DNA of 64,000 bases from NCBI RefSeq assembly GCF_009914755.1, contig NC_060934.1; one strand, 5' to 3'. The number at the start of each line of letters is the position of its first letter. Within the stretch, counting starts at the first letter, position 1. The notes below the pieces were generated by a model. The model saw only the letters and a program-made list of their open reading frames with translations. It was not told the origin of the DNA and did not search any database. The translations under genes and the position numbers were made by a program. Below are positions 22,730 to 39,017 of this stretch, piece by piece. This DNA comes from the human T2T-CHM13v2.0 reference genome, Homo sapiens.

Positions 22730-24440
22730 CTATGTATAGAAAAATGTAACAAAATTATGTTAATACTGATACAAAAAATATTTACCAAATATCTCAAAAT
22801 CTTGAGTATTTCAGCCATTATCAGAGCTAACAGCAGAATTTTAATTATCCCATACACTTCAAATATGTAAGCTCTACAAACTTTTTTGTTTTTTTTTTTT
22901 TTTTTTTTGAGACAGAGTCTTACTCTGTCACCCAGGCTGGAGTACAGTGGTATGATATTGGCACACTGCAACCTCCGCCTCCCGGGTTCAAGTGATTCTC
23001 CTGCCTCAGCCTCCTGAATAGCTGGGATTACAGGTACCCGTCACTACGCTCAGCTAATTTTTTTGTATTTTTAGTAGAGACAGGGTTTCACCATGTTGGC
23101 CAGGCTGGTCTTGAACTCCTGACCTCATGATTTGCCTGCCTTGGCCTCCCAAAGTGCTGGGATTACAGGCGTGAACCACTGCACCCAGCCCAAACTTCTT
23201 ATTAAGCTTCAAATTAAAGGAGAAAAAGATTAAAGTGAAATAGTTATGAAGTGAGGGCAGTGGAGCTCAGCAAATTAACTAGAGTTAGCTTGACATAATG
23301 GAAAGTGTCCTGAACCCAGAAGAAGTCCTGGCTCTGTAACCAACAGCTATTTGTTCTTGGACAAGAGGCTTCCCTTAGGCTCAACATCTTCTTCTAAAAC
23401 ATAAGGATTTTACTGCCTTATTTCACTAGGGTTATAAAGATTTAACAAGATAACACTTTTCAAATGCTCAGAGAAATAGTAAAGAAATGGAATAATTTGT
23501 TCCTGAATTTTATTGCTAAAACTATTTTGGAATCCCAAATAAAACCCAATTAAATGTTTCTCCAAAGGTTCTAATATTCAAATGTTGCCATTTTCAGAAA
23601 ATGTTACTAAGTCCTAATTTTGGTTATTAGTTATTCTATTCTTTGTGGTTTCCAATCCCAGTGAATTTCATAATTTGTAACTGAATTCACTTATAAATAT
23701 AGCATCTCATTAAATTAGATAACATAATTGTCCCTTATTACTGAACTAACTGATCACAGCAAGGGCAGAAAACTAACAGATGTTAAGGCCTGGTTTAGAC
23801 AACGACTTCTGCTTCTCTACCTCCTCAAACTCTGAACCAGCAGATCTTTGTTAGAACGGTGCTTAATCTTCATGTTCATCATTCCAACTGACGTGGAAAA
23901 CAAAACTCTACTTTTATTTAGAGACAAGGTATTCTATCACCCAAGATGGAGTGCAGTGGCATGGTCATAATCCACTGCCGCCTGGAACTCCTGGGCTCAA
24001 GCAATCCTCCTGCCTCAGCCCCACGAGTAGCTAGGACTCCAGGTGCACACCATCACACCTGGCTAATTTTTCTTCATTATTTTTTGTACCAATGGGGTCT
24101 TGCTATGTTGCCCAGGCTGGTCTTGAACTCCTGGCCTCAAGCAATTCTCCTGCCTGTGCCTCCCAAAGTGCTGGAATTAAAGACGTGAGCCACTGCACCT
24201 GGCCTCACTTTTATTTTAAGTTCCATGAAGGAGATGTGAATTGACATTTTCTCATTTCTGTGATACCTACTAACAACATATTTGCACGTAACATCCCATG
24301 TGTTAGCTCCATTCTCATTTCACAGATCACCTTACATGAATATTTTTGTCATGAAAATCACAATTTCAATACTGGGTGCCACCCTTTTGCTTTGACTCAC
24401 ACTGTTAGCAAATAGTAAAATGGCCTTCCAGGGACTGTGC

Positions 24441-24547
24441 AAAATATGGAACGCTTCAAGAATGTGTGTGTCTTTCTTTATACAGGGGCCATGCTGATCT
24501 TCTCTACATTGTTCAAATTTTAGTATATGTGCTGCTGAAGCAAGCAC
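24441..24547 (-). pseudogene. Full-length U6 snRNA retro-pseudogene
   Basis: Reverse complement reads GTGCTTGCTTCAGCAGCACATATACTAAAATTTGAAC...GAAGCGTTCCATATTTT; diverged, no recognisable upstream PSE/TATA. Confidence 0.95.
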
Positions 24548-26128
24548 AAAACCCGACTTTTATACATGGATACTGATGAGTCATGGAACAGGCTTAGCTC
24601 TGTTCAATCCAACTAACCTACTTTACGCTCAGAGAATTCTGTTGAATGGCTTCCTTGTGAGGTACAATCTGAAAATATTTTAAAAACTTAAGGTAGAGAT
24701 GCAAGCAGCTTGGGAGATTTTCATTATGAAAAACAGATCACTTTAGGGGTCAACCACAAGTTGGTGGCCACTACTCCAGCGAAGGACAATATGGAACCTT
24801 TCACTACCTAAGAAAATGTGCTACACAGAATGTAAAGGGGCTTTGGAGTACATTCCTGGTAGCAAAGAAAAAAAGAAACTCTGATCTCTTCCTGCAACAT
24901 TATTTGAACCTGACAGTTGAGAACAATCCCAACTAATATTTGCTAGAGAAAAGACAAACAAAAGCCTCCATGGGTAACTTACCATGAAGGTCAAGGCTAA
25001 GTCAAGGCTAAGATATGGTCTCCATATAAGGTTTTGAGTGTAGGTGGAAGGGTCAATTTGCTCACTCTGTGTGTGGCTAAAGCTTCCAGGAGGCCAGCTG
25101 CCAGAGCAGGGTGCTGGTGCTTTAGGAACAATGGCTGGGCATATAAACACTTGTATGTGAACTGAAAAAAAGTCCTAACTTTGAAGTCTACCTATGGATC
25201 ACCATGAAGGCTGAGGGATCTCAATCAGTAAGAGCATCCTTGTAGCAAAGGTCAATCATTTCCAGACTGCAGGACCAGTCTCAGTGGCAACAATGCAGCA
25301 ACAAAATCACTGGTAACAAAAGAATGATTAGAATGTCCTTTGTCCCCTCCTGATTTATAAAAGAGGACTGTCTTCCTTGGACTTAAGGAACCCCTTCGGT
25401 TCCTGAAAAATTCAAGGCAGAGGGCATAGCAGATGGCCCCCAGGGGGACAGTTCAAGATTATCTGCCAAACTGGACATTTCAAGACTCAAATAACCAACT
25501 AGAAAAATTAAACATGTGATAGTATTTTTTATCCCATGCATAGGGGTTATAATTGGAATGAAATGAATGATATTGGGACCCCTATGGATTAAGTTCGTAA
25601 AAGTCCTGAGATAAAAAAATTCTATACCCGGTTGGACACAGTGGCTCATGCCTATAATTCCAGCACTTTGGAAAGCCAAGGTTGATGGATTGCTTGAGCC
25701 TAGGAGTTTGAGACCACCCTAAGCAACATGGCAAAACTCATCTCTACAAAAAATACATAAAATTAGCCGGGCATGGTGGTATGTGCTTGTAGTCCCAGCT
25801 ACTTGGGAGGCTGAGGTGGGAGAATCTCCTTAGCCCACGGCTTGAAGCTGTGGTGACCTGTGATCGTGCCCCTGCACTCCAGCCCAGGTGACAGAGTGAG
25901 ACCCTGTCTCAGAAACAAAACAAAACAAAAAGAATCCTACATGCATTGCTGCTTCTAACTAGTCTAGCCTTTTGCTTGATTTCTGGCTGATGAAGTAGGC
26001 TAATTCACTGCCATTCTAAAATTACCTGACCCAAACTATGAAATCTCAACTGATGTATAAGATGCAATCATGATAATTATTTTAAACCTCTATTTAGTGT
26101 TAACTAGCCTTTTATTGTAAACATTTAC

Positions 26129-26510
<382 letters not shown>

Positions 26511-26999
26511 TCAAAAAATAAATAAATAAAAATAAAATAAGAGGTAATTTCACCCCAGGAACTTTAATAAGGTTATGTGCACAGATAATTTGATATACTT
26601 TACCAATTTAGTATCTTGCCTGTCTGTGTAGAATTAACTATTTACATCTACTAATAGACATAAGCATCTTGGGTGCTCAAGTGCTCATCTTTGTAAATTA
26701 CCACCAAGGCTAAAAGGAAGGGACAAAAAAGAGGCCTCTTGTCTCACTGGGGTATTACATACTAGAAGTCCTTTCATGGCAAAAACCTATGCTGAGTTTA
26801 CTTATCTAAAGTAGGCAAAGATTTAAATGAAGAATTCTCCATTTCTTCTCTAGTCTGATATATTACAATTGCAGTCAGCTAGGGGTCAGATAAGAGCTAT
26901 CTGCAGGCTTAAAACAGTATTAATAATAATGGTAGCCAGGTGCAGCAGCTCATGCCTATAATCTAAGCACTTTGGGAGGCCAAGATGGGTGGATCACTA

Positions 27000-27263
<264 letters not shown>

Positions 27264-28000
27264 TCAGCCAATGATGCTGATAAGCGTGGGCTAGGCACTG
27301 AATCAAATGCTATATAATCTTATTTAAATACAACCACCTTGAGATATATTTAGTATCCCCCTTTTTATATCAGAAAACATATTTGGTGATAAGTAAGGTC
27401 CCCAAGCTTACACACTTAACAAGTGGGAAAGCAAGGAATTAAATCCAGTCTTGTGTGAATTTAAAGCCTCTTTTCTCTTTATCACCCATCTATGGCTTGT
27501 CTTCAATAAAGGAAAAGTTTATCCAATAAAAGCTGTCTTTCTTCCCTTTGCCCATACCAATTAAAAATAAAAACATCAAAATATACTAGAAATAGAAAAG
27601 GAAAAAAATAATGAAACTATAGTATCTGGCAATAGCGATCAACAATCACCTAGGGATAACCTAACATCCGTACTCTTCAAAGAAAGCAACTTAAAGCAAA
27701 GAGGCACTCAAAAGACAAAAACTGCTATTGATGTTTAACACAGCATTTCTGAAGGAAAAGTACATAAGCAGAGGTTAGAACAATACCATAAAAGGGTGAA
27801 GAAGTTCAATATTGAGTTAAAAAGTGGCCGGGCGCAGTGGCTTAATGCCTGTAATCCCAGTACTTTGGAAGGCCAAGGCGGGTGGATCACGAGGTCAGGA
27901 GTTCAAGACCAGCCTGACCAACATGATGAAACCCCATCTCTACTAAAAATACAAAAATTAGTCAGGTGTGGTGGTGTGCACCAGTAATCCCAGCTACTCA

Positions 28001-28123
<123 letters not shown>

Positions 28124-28482
28124 CTAAAAGTTAAAGTCCGCATTTTATAAAACTAATAAAACTGATAAGAAACCTCTTTAGCTAACAGATCACATGGCCA
28201 AAAACATGGGTTTACAAATAACAAACATCAGTCAATATTATAAGAGAAGATGAATCCTACTGTATAGTCTTCTTTTATATTGCCCAATCCAAGCAACTGC
28301 TTTTCTTCCTAACTGATTTGTGTTGCTATTTGTCACTATATCCCCATAATTATGTTAACCTTCTTATTAAATTAATATTTCTGACTTGAGTGAGAAACAC
28401 CAACGAATCACTGTTGCCCCTCAAGAACAAGCAGGTTTAAAAAACCTGTAACATGCAAAACACAGATCTAAAAAAACTTTTA

Positions 28483-28653
<171 letters not shown>

Positions 28654-28983
28654 TTAAAATGCATAAAATTACATAATTCTCGGCTGAACTGAAAACTCTA
28701 TGTCAGATCCTTTGAACTGAAACATATAAAATAGAAAACAAATAAAAAACACTTGCTTCCCTTGGAAACACCCCTCCTCTGCCTCACCACATGAACTCCA
28801 CTCATCTCCAAAACTCACTTCAAATTTTTACCGGTTCTAAGAATATTTGCTTCTATCACATCATTTGGCATGGCATATTGTATTCATTGTATTGTTTCCC
28901 ATCAAAACCAAGAGCTTCTAGGCTGAGCACAGTGGCTCCCACCTGTAATATCAGCACTTTGAGAGGCTGAGGCGGGTGGATCA

Positions 28984-29229
<246 letters not shown>

Positions 29230-29465
29230 TTAACAAATTGTGTTTTCACAAGTATTTACAATAAATGCATAAAAGAAAGGTGTACTGCCTAATGCTTCTT
29301 TAAAAGTATCAACATTTAAAGTAAAATCTTAGACAATTAAGTTATTTTAAAATACTTTCAGTCAGGGAATGCTTGCGCTTCCAAATACAGAAAACTAACC
29401 CTTACATATGTCACTGTTGAAACAAACGCACTTCAAATACTGTAAAAATAAAGTTGGTTGATCTA

Positions 29466-29651
<186 letters not shown>

Positions 29652-29762
29652 TTAGACCAAGAAACAGATCATAAATTCTAGGAATGCAAAATAAACACTC
29701 CACAGGTTTCACCAATTAGTTATATTTTAATGAGATAAATTCATTTTCATTCTATGTATTTA

Positions 29763-29987
<225 letters not shown>

Positions 29988-30009
29988 TTATAAACATTAA
30001 ATAGCATGT

Positions 30010-30408
30010 TGATATGGTTTGGCTGTGTCCCCACCCAAATCTCATCTTGGCTGTGTCCCCAACCAAATCCCAAATTGTAGTTCCCATGATCCCTACGTGT
30101 GGTGAGGGGGACTCAGTGGGAGGTAACTGAATCACGAGGATGGTTCCCCCGTGCTGCTGCTCTTGTGATAGTGAGTTCTCACAATATCTGATGGTTTCTT
30201 AAGGGGCTTTTCCCTCTTTTGCTTGGCACTTCTCCTTGCTGACACCATGTCAAGGACATGTTTGCTTCTCCTTCTGCCCTTATTGTTAAGTTTCCTGAGG
30301 CCTCCCCAACCAGGCTGAACTGTGAGTTAATTAAACCTCTTTCCTTTATAAATTACCCATATAATAAAGGGTATGTCTTTATTAGCAGCATGAGAACAGA
30401 CTAATACA
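30010..30408 (+). mobile_element. THE1-type MaLR solo LTR with 5-bp TSD CATGT
   Basis: TGATATGGTTTGGCTGTGTCCCC...CTAATACA; CATGT at 30005-30009 and 30409-30413. Confidence 0.93.
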
Positions 30409-30544
30409 CATGTTAATCCTCCGCCTTCAAAACAAGTATTTAATTTTCTTCTGAAAACAGTACAATATTTATTAGCTCTTACTACTCACCACATTAATGA
30501 AAGAGCAACCTATCTGAATAGAAAAGGCTTGACCTTTAGATTCA

Positions 30545-30740
30545 GTTCAACTTGGGGTTGAATCCTACTTTAAGCTGTCACTTACTCATTATGGCTTAGT
30601 AAGTGCCTCAGTTTCCTCATCAATAAAATGGGGATCAAAATAGTAGCTATCTCATAGGACACCACTGGGATGCTTACATGAGAATCTATGCAAAATGTTT
30701 AGAACAGTTCCTAGCACAAATAACAGCTCAATAATTGTTA
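30545..30740 (+). mobile_element. MIR SINE fragment (another probable MIR at ~18680-18870)
   Basis: gcctcagtttcctcatc...aaaatggg core. Confidence 0.7.
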
Positions 30741-30966
30741 GATATAATTACCATTACTACTGTTTAATAAAGATGTTTTAATTAAATGAAATGATACAAT
30801 TATACCTAGTTGACAGTATGTTTTAAAGATCAGCGATAAGGCCAGGCATGGCGGCTCATGCCTGAATCCCAGAACTTTGGGAAGCTGAGGTAGGATGACT
30901 GCTTGAGTCCAAGAGTTTGAGACCAGCCTGGGCAACATAGTGAGACTCCATCTCTATAAAAATTTA

Positions 30967-31116
<150 letters not shown>

Positions 31117-31937
31117 CTACAAAAAAAAAAAAAAAATTAGAGATAACACAGTATTTCAGTGATTCTAAGATGCTCATTTTCTCACATTTCAATATCTCTG
31201 ACATTGGAATGCCACTTGTAATTCATGATTTATTACAACTATAATTGGAAGCATTTTTAAAATTGAAAAACAGATTTTTAAAACAAAGTAATTCTTATTG
31301 TGTTTTCAAGAAACTTCAACACAAAAGAAACTCAGGATTCAAATGAATAGTTTGGCTCATTTTATTCAATATTTAGATTTATAGAATATATGCAGATATT
31401 TCCAATGACTAATATTCGTGTTTAAGACATAAATTTTTAAAAGGGTAATTAAAGGTTATTTCTTATAATTTTCTACCTTCAGAAACACTTTTGTTTATAA
31501 AGAGGGGTTGGGTGCAGTGGCTCACGCCTGTAATCCCAACACTTTGGAAAGCCAAGGCAGGCAGATCACTTGAGGTCAGGAATTCAAGATCAGCCTGACC
31601 AACATGGTAAAACCCCATCTCTGCTAAAAATACAAAAAGTAGCCGGACATGGTGGTACATGCCTGTAATCCCAGCTACTCGAGGGGGCTGAGGCAGGAGA
31701 ATCACTTGAACCCTGGTGGCAGAGTTGGAGTAAGCCGAGATCATGCCACTTTACTCCAGCCTGGGTGTCAGAGCATAATCTCCTCTCAAAAAAATAAATA
31801 AATAAGAGGAGGGAGGAAAAGCTTCAATTGAGATTGCCCTAATAGTCTAATTTTAAATCTCTCAACTTGCTCAGGCTGGGCAGGTATGCAAACATAAAGG
31901 TTTTGAAGATGGAAAGGTCCTGAGAGATAGTAGACTA

Positions 31938-33029
31938 TGTTTTCACCTGCAATTGCCTTGACCTGAATGAATGCACTCCACTCTGGCCTTTCTTTCCTCT
32001 TAGCTCCTAAGGAATCCACAGATCCACTTTGGATTACCCTCTTCTAAGGCCTGCTCACACCCTTAACAGGACTTTTCATATGGGATCCCAAATGGATTCT
32101 CCCTCCCACCAACAGCTCTCATACTTGACCAGAGCTCTCATCTGTCCTCTATAAACATCCAAACATTCTTTGCCAAAACAAATGCTAAGAGACCAGACCA
32201 GTCTCAACACAGGAGCCAAGCAGCTCACCAGAACTTCTCTCAGGCTTGATTTCCTGGGGATGAGTTAAATACCTGCTTCCAGAAGTGCAGGAGATTCACA
32301 TCAAGCTCTATGAAGACAGTTTTATATGAGAAATCAGCAACTTTCCATCTTCCCTGACAGCTCTGTAAATTTGTCATAAAATGCATTCCCAAATTCATAG
32401 CAGATTAGCTACATTATGTATTACAATGCTAATGCAAGACTGAAATAGTTTAGAACACCACACAGCACTTATATACATATATATGAAGTTCCTGTTGTGA
32501 AAGGGGAATAAATATCATATTCATGACTAAAATAGGGATTCACCTCTGACAGAAAAGAATTTGCATAGAAGTAAAATCCTCACTTCAAAGATATCAACTC
32601 TGGCCTGGTGCAGTGGCTCATGCCTGTAATCCCAGCACTTTGGGAGGCTGAGGCAGGCAGATCACCTGAGGTCAGGAGTTTGAGACCAACTTGGCCAACG
32701 TGGTGAAACCCCGTCTCTACTAAAAATACAAAAAAAATAGCCAGGCATGGTGGTGGGTGCCTGGAATCCCAGCTGTTTGGGAGGCTGAGGCACGAGAATT
32801 GCTTGAACCTGGGAGGAGAAGGTTACAGTGAGCCAAGATCATGCCAACTCACTCCAGCCCAGGAGACAGAGCGAGACTCCATCTCAAAAAAAAAAAAAAA
32901 AGAAAAAAAAATCAGCTCTGCAAATCTTCATGTCCACTACTGTTATGTTTCCAATTCAAAGATCAAGTCTATATTCTACCACATTTTATTAAAATACTAC
33001 GCACTTACATTAATATGCTTATAACTAGC
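31938..33029 (+). repeat. Copy 1 of a ~1.1-kb local direct repeat (paired with 42320-43531)
   Basis: Near-identical text tgttttcacctgcaattgccttgacc ... atatgcttataactagc, including an internal Alu. Confidence 0.97.
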
Positions 33030-33135
33030 GGTGGTTCACGCCTGTAATCCCAACACTTTGGGAGGCCAAGGCAGGCAGATCACTTGAGGTTAGGAGTTTG
33101 AGACCAGCCTGGCCAACAGGGTAGAACCCCATCTA

Positions 33136-33294
<159 letters not shown>

Positions 33295-34618
33295 TCACCT
33301 CAAAAACAAAAAAGGCCAGGCGCGGTGGCTCAAGCCTGTAATCTCAGCACTTTGGGAGGCCGAGGTGGGCAGATCACAAGGTCAGGAGATCGAGACCACC
33401 CTGGCTAACACAGTGAAACCCTGTCTCTACTAGAAATACAAAAAAAAAAAAAATTAGCTGTCCCAGCTACTCAGGAGACTGAGGCAGGAGAATCGCTTGA
33501 ACCCAGGAAGCAGAGGTTGCAGTAAAGCTGAGATCTGGCCACTGCACTCCAGCCTGGGCAACAGAGGGAGACTCTGTCTAAGAAAAAAAGAAAAAAGAGA
33601 TAGTAGACTATGTCTGCTACATAACAGGTATTCAGGTTATGATTGATGAATAAATGGATTGAAAGAATGGAAAAATCATTAGGGAGTTCAATATTTTTAA
33701 ATAAAATTCTTATAAAGTAGAGTAATTCTTTTATTCTTTTGCAATAATATTTATCTTTTTTTTGTTTTGTTTTGTTTTGTTTTTTTGAGATGGAGTCTCG
33801 CTCTGTCACCCAGGGTGGATTGCAGTGGTGCAATCTCAGCTCACTGTACCCTCCGCCTCCCAGGTGCACGCTATTCTACTGCCTGCCTCAGTCTCCCAAG
33901 TACCTGAGACTACAGATGTGTACCACCACACCTGGCTAATATTTGTATTTTTACTACAGAAGGGTTTCACTACGTTGGCCAGGATGGTCTTGAATTCCTG
34001 GACTTAAGTGATCCACCCTCCTCAGCCTCCCAAAGTGCTGGGATTACAGGCCTAAGCCATTGCATCCAGCCTAATTATCATTTATATTTGGTATTTTTAT
34101 TGTCATAAGGACACAACTAAAATAAAATGATTGTACCTGTTTGCATATATAATAAATCTATAATAAAAACATGTATATGATAAAATGTATACATAAAATC
34201 TATAAATACAGATAAAAAGATACCCTTTACTTTTTCTTTTTTTATTTTTATTTTTTATCTTCTTAATTTTTGGTGGCAAGAACAAAGATCTGCTTTACCT
34301 TTCATTTTTAATAGAGACAGGGTCTTGCTATGTTGCCCAGGCTAGTTTCGAACTCCTGGGTCAAGCAATCCTCCTGCCTGGGCCTCCCAAAGTGCTGGGA
34401 TTACAGTCATGAGCCACAGGTGCCCAGCCAAGATCCCCTTTACTTCTGAAAAGGATAAAAGTTGTCAGACGATAGCAATCCACCAAAAAAAGAAAAAAAA
34501 GAAAGTGGGAAATGATTTTTATCTGTGCAAGATTCATATTCCTCTCTTCCCAAGGATTACTTCATTAATAATAAATTTTCACTAGAACTTTTATACATAC
34601 TCATTGCAGAAATCATAA

Positions 34619-34905
<287 letters not shown>

Positions 34906-35129
34906 TGATCCGCCCGCCTCGGCCTCCCGAAGTGCTGGGATTACAGGCGTGAGACACCGCGCCTGGCCAAATTTTACCACGTTTTGTACATATTTTCAGC
35001 TAACACAAGACCACAGTCTGTATGTATAATCAAACTTTTTTTCTCACTTGAGATACCAAAGTATATCCTCACATGCCAATACACTTCTGTATCTATTGCC
35101 ACTTTCTTTTCTTTCTTTCTTTTTTTTGA

Positions 35130-35270
<141 letters not shown>

Positions 35271-36204
35271 TAGCTAATTTTTGTATTTTTAGTAGAGACG
35301 GGGTTTCACCATGTTGGCCAAGCTGGTCTCGAACTTCTGACCTCAGGATATCCGCTTGCCTTGGTCTCCTAAAATGCTGGGTTTACAGGCGCGAGCCACC
35401 ACGCCTGGCCTCTACTGCCACTTTCAATGGTCACATATTATCATGCACTGACATTTATTCACAAAATCCATTCTATGGGTTCTCCTTAATACACTGCTTA
35501 AGCAATGCTGAGAAAAACAAATTACTTGTATATCTATTTCCTAAAGGCATTTTATTTCTTTTTCTTTTTGAAAGATAGGGTCTTGCTCTGTTGTCACTGA
35601 CATACCTCACTGCAGCCTAGAACTCCTGGGCTCAAGTGATGCTCCTGCCTCAGCCTTCCAAGTAGCTGAGACTATTAGAGTTGGGGGGGGGGGTCTCGCT
35701 ATAATGCCCAGGCTGGCCTTGAACTCCTGGCCTCAAGCAATCCTCCCGCCTCAGCCTCCCGAAGTGCTGTGATTACAGGCGCGAGCCACCGCGCCTGACG
35801 AATAACAGATTTTATAGAAATAATTTTTAACCCAGAAGTTGCTATATTATGGAAACTGCTTATCTCATTATGCACCTTTCCATAAGTGTATGACATTGTA
35901 TCTTAAATGTGTACATTAAAAATAAAACGCTGTACGTGCTTTTGTTCGTTAATTCACTTTAAAATTGTCACTTAAGTGCTCTCTAAGGGGATTTCGGGGG
36001 GATCGGAAACCAGCTAGAGTTCTGTTTTTGTTTTTCTGCTCAGAAAGGCGGCCTGGGCGCTGGAGCCCTGCAAGGTGTCACCGTCCCAGGGGCTACGGAG
36101 CCCGCGGGAGGCTGATCCAGGCCCTGGGTGGCTCCCACAAAAGGGGCCCCTCTTCCTGCCCGCCTACTCCAGTGGCACTCAGTCCGGGCTTGCGACGCCT
36201 ATTA

Positions 36205-36617
<413 letters not shown>

Positions 36618-36620
<3 letters not shown>

Positions 36621-36631
36621 CGCATGCGCAC
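36618..36631. promoter_or_regulatory. Perfect palindromic NRF1-type motif GTGCGCATGCGCAC; degenerate copies at ~36648-36662 and ~36689-36701
   Basis: Exact match to the NRF1 consensus TGCGCATGCGCA near the inferred TSS. Confidence 0.8.
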
Positions 36632-37002
36632 CTCAGATGGCAAGGTCCACGCGCGTGCGCACGAAGGCCCAGTGGTCAAGTGTGCTCCATGCGCATGTGC
36701 AAGGCCCAGACCTCGCAAATCTCGGCGACTGGGACGAGCTCTGCGTTCCTGTCAAACAAATGTCGGTGGGAGTCTGGCTGAGTGTTCAGGACGTTTGCGA
36801 AAAGAAGCCTCGCGCCTGTGGGGAAGCAGCCTTTACGCATGACTGGGACTGGAGTAGCGTGGAGTTTTAAGATGCTGAAAGCCTCTTCTCCGAGAAAACT
36901 CCCCTAAGAAACTCTCTGAATCTCCCTATCTCTCAGTTTATTCCCCTTCCATGTCCCTTTGGGTGCCATCTGGTCTCCATGAGAACTTAACAGATGCAAC
37001 AA

Positions 37003-37093
37003 CAGAGGGCACAGGATTTCGGAGATCGTGGCATATGTGTCAAGTGCAGAGGGCACAGGATTTCGGAGATCGTGGCAATATGTGTCAAGTGCA
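37003..37093. repeat. 44/45-bp tandem duplication upstream of the ANKRD26 promoter
   Basis: cagagggcacaggatttcggagatcgtggc(a)atatgtgtcaagtg x2. Confidence 0.95.
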
Positions 37094-37376
37094 AACTTAC
37101 GAGGAGAAACCAATGCACATTCTCCAGAAGAAATGAGAACGCATTTCTGCATGCCTCCTTCCCCCACCCCTCTGCCTTTGGCCCAGCCTTATGTTTTATT
37201 TTTTGCTTTTGATTTTCCAAGGTTACATCTCTTTCTTCTTTTTTTTTTTTTTTTCCCCAACAGAGTCTCGCTTTGTCGCCCAGACTGTAGTGCAGTGGTG
37301 CAATCACGGCTCACTGCAGTCTCCACCTCCTGGGCTCAACGATACTCCCACCTCAGCCTCCTGAGTGAGTAGCTGA

Positions 37377-37571
<195 letters not shown>

Positions 37572-38882
37572 TAGCAACGCAGACGTCAAGTGGAGTCTCA
37601 GCAGAAATTGCTGCTGGAATGCACCTCCATAGCTCTGGACAGCTCTAGGGTCCCTTGTGGAGGAGGTGGCTGGCCCCAGAACAGGCGTCTTTATTGCCAA
37701 GTGAGAAATGAGCAAAAACAAAACAACACTTCTCAGGCCTCTCCAGCTTAGCTAGATCAAATGGTTTTGATGTGGGAGAGTGGTTTCCACTATCGTCACC
37801 AAGAATTTTCCTCCTACACTACCCCAGCTAGAAAGTTATGTTGTCTCCTCAACACTCCCCAAGGTGATCTATGAAGCTAGTCAAGTCCCAGCACTTTAGG
37901 AGGCCGAGGTGGGTGGATTACCTGAGGTCAGGAGTTCGAGACCAGGCCAACGTGGTGAAACCCCGTCTCTACTAAAAATACAAAAATTAGCTGGGTGTGG
38001 TGGTGCATGCCTGTAGTCCCAGCTACTCGGGAGGCTGAGGCAGGAGAAACACTTGAACCTGGGAGGCAGAGGTTCACACCACTGCCTCTGGAGTGGAGAC
38101 TCTTGGATGGAGACCACGACTCTCTCTCAAAAAACAAAAACAAAAACAAACAAAAAATACTCAAGTGTGGAGAACACTGACTCTGAACAGAGGACTCTGA
38201 CATTTCCTAATGCAGCCTGAAATTAAGGCCAAAGACATTACCAGTCTGGATGGATATAGGAATCACACACCACTCTCCAGGTAAGTTGTAGAGATTTGGT
38301 TGACTATAGTGTTTTTGTATAGACCAGAGATACCCAAGGACTATATGTTAGGCCAGCTCTGAGGTGTTGAATTCATCAGCCAAATGCTGGATCCCCAAAA
38401 AGTTTCTTGGAGTTCATTGAAAGCTAAGATCTCCCATTCATATGGAAATTAATTTCAGATCCAGAGCAGACACCCTCTAGAAAGTTGTCACTTGGAACTC
38501 CCATGCCTATCTAAGGCTAAAGTAATGCCCTGGTTCAGTTTTCCTATACCCTCATTTAATAATTATGTCAATGAAATTAATGTGTTAGGGGAATATTTGT
38601 TTTATAGTGAAAATCAACTGAGATATGAATGCCTTAGCAAATCCCTTAGATAAAGCTCTTTTTTTTTTTTTTTTGAGATGAAGTCTCGCTCTGTCTCCCA
38701 GGCTGGAGTGCAGTGGCACGATATCTCGGCTCACTGCAAGCTCCGCCTCCTTGGTTCACACCATTCTCCTGCCTCAGCCTCCTGAGTAGCTGGGACTACA
38801 GGCGCCCACCACCACACCCGGCTACTTTTTGTATTTTGTTTAGTAGAGACGGGGTTTCACTGTGTTAGCCAGGATGGTCTCA

Positions 38883-39017
<135 letters not shown>

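Noticed and set aside
24960-26100. Unique-looking, transcript-like segment in ANKRD26 intron 4 (possible processed pseudogene or cryptic exons; donor-like ATG|GTAAGT at ~24982)
   Set aside because: No parent gene, tail or TSD recognisable by eye; needs BLAST.
37003-37093. Short direct repeats considered as CRISPR-like or synthetic array
   Set aside because: Only two adjacent units with no spacers; eukaryotic context; no foreign or prokaryotic segment seen anywhere in the window.
37885-38157. Alu with an aberrant right arm containing ~30 nt of foreign sequence
   Set aside because: Looks like an isolated deletion/filler scar; source not identifiable.
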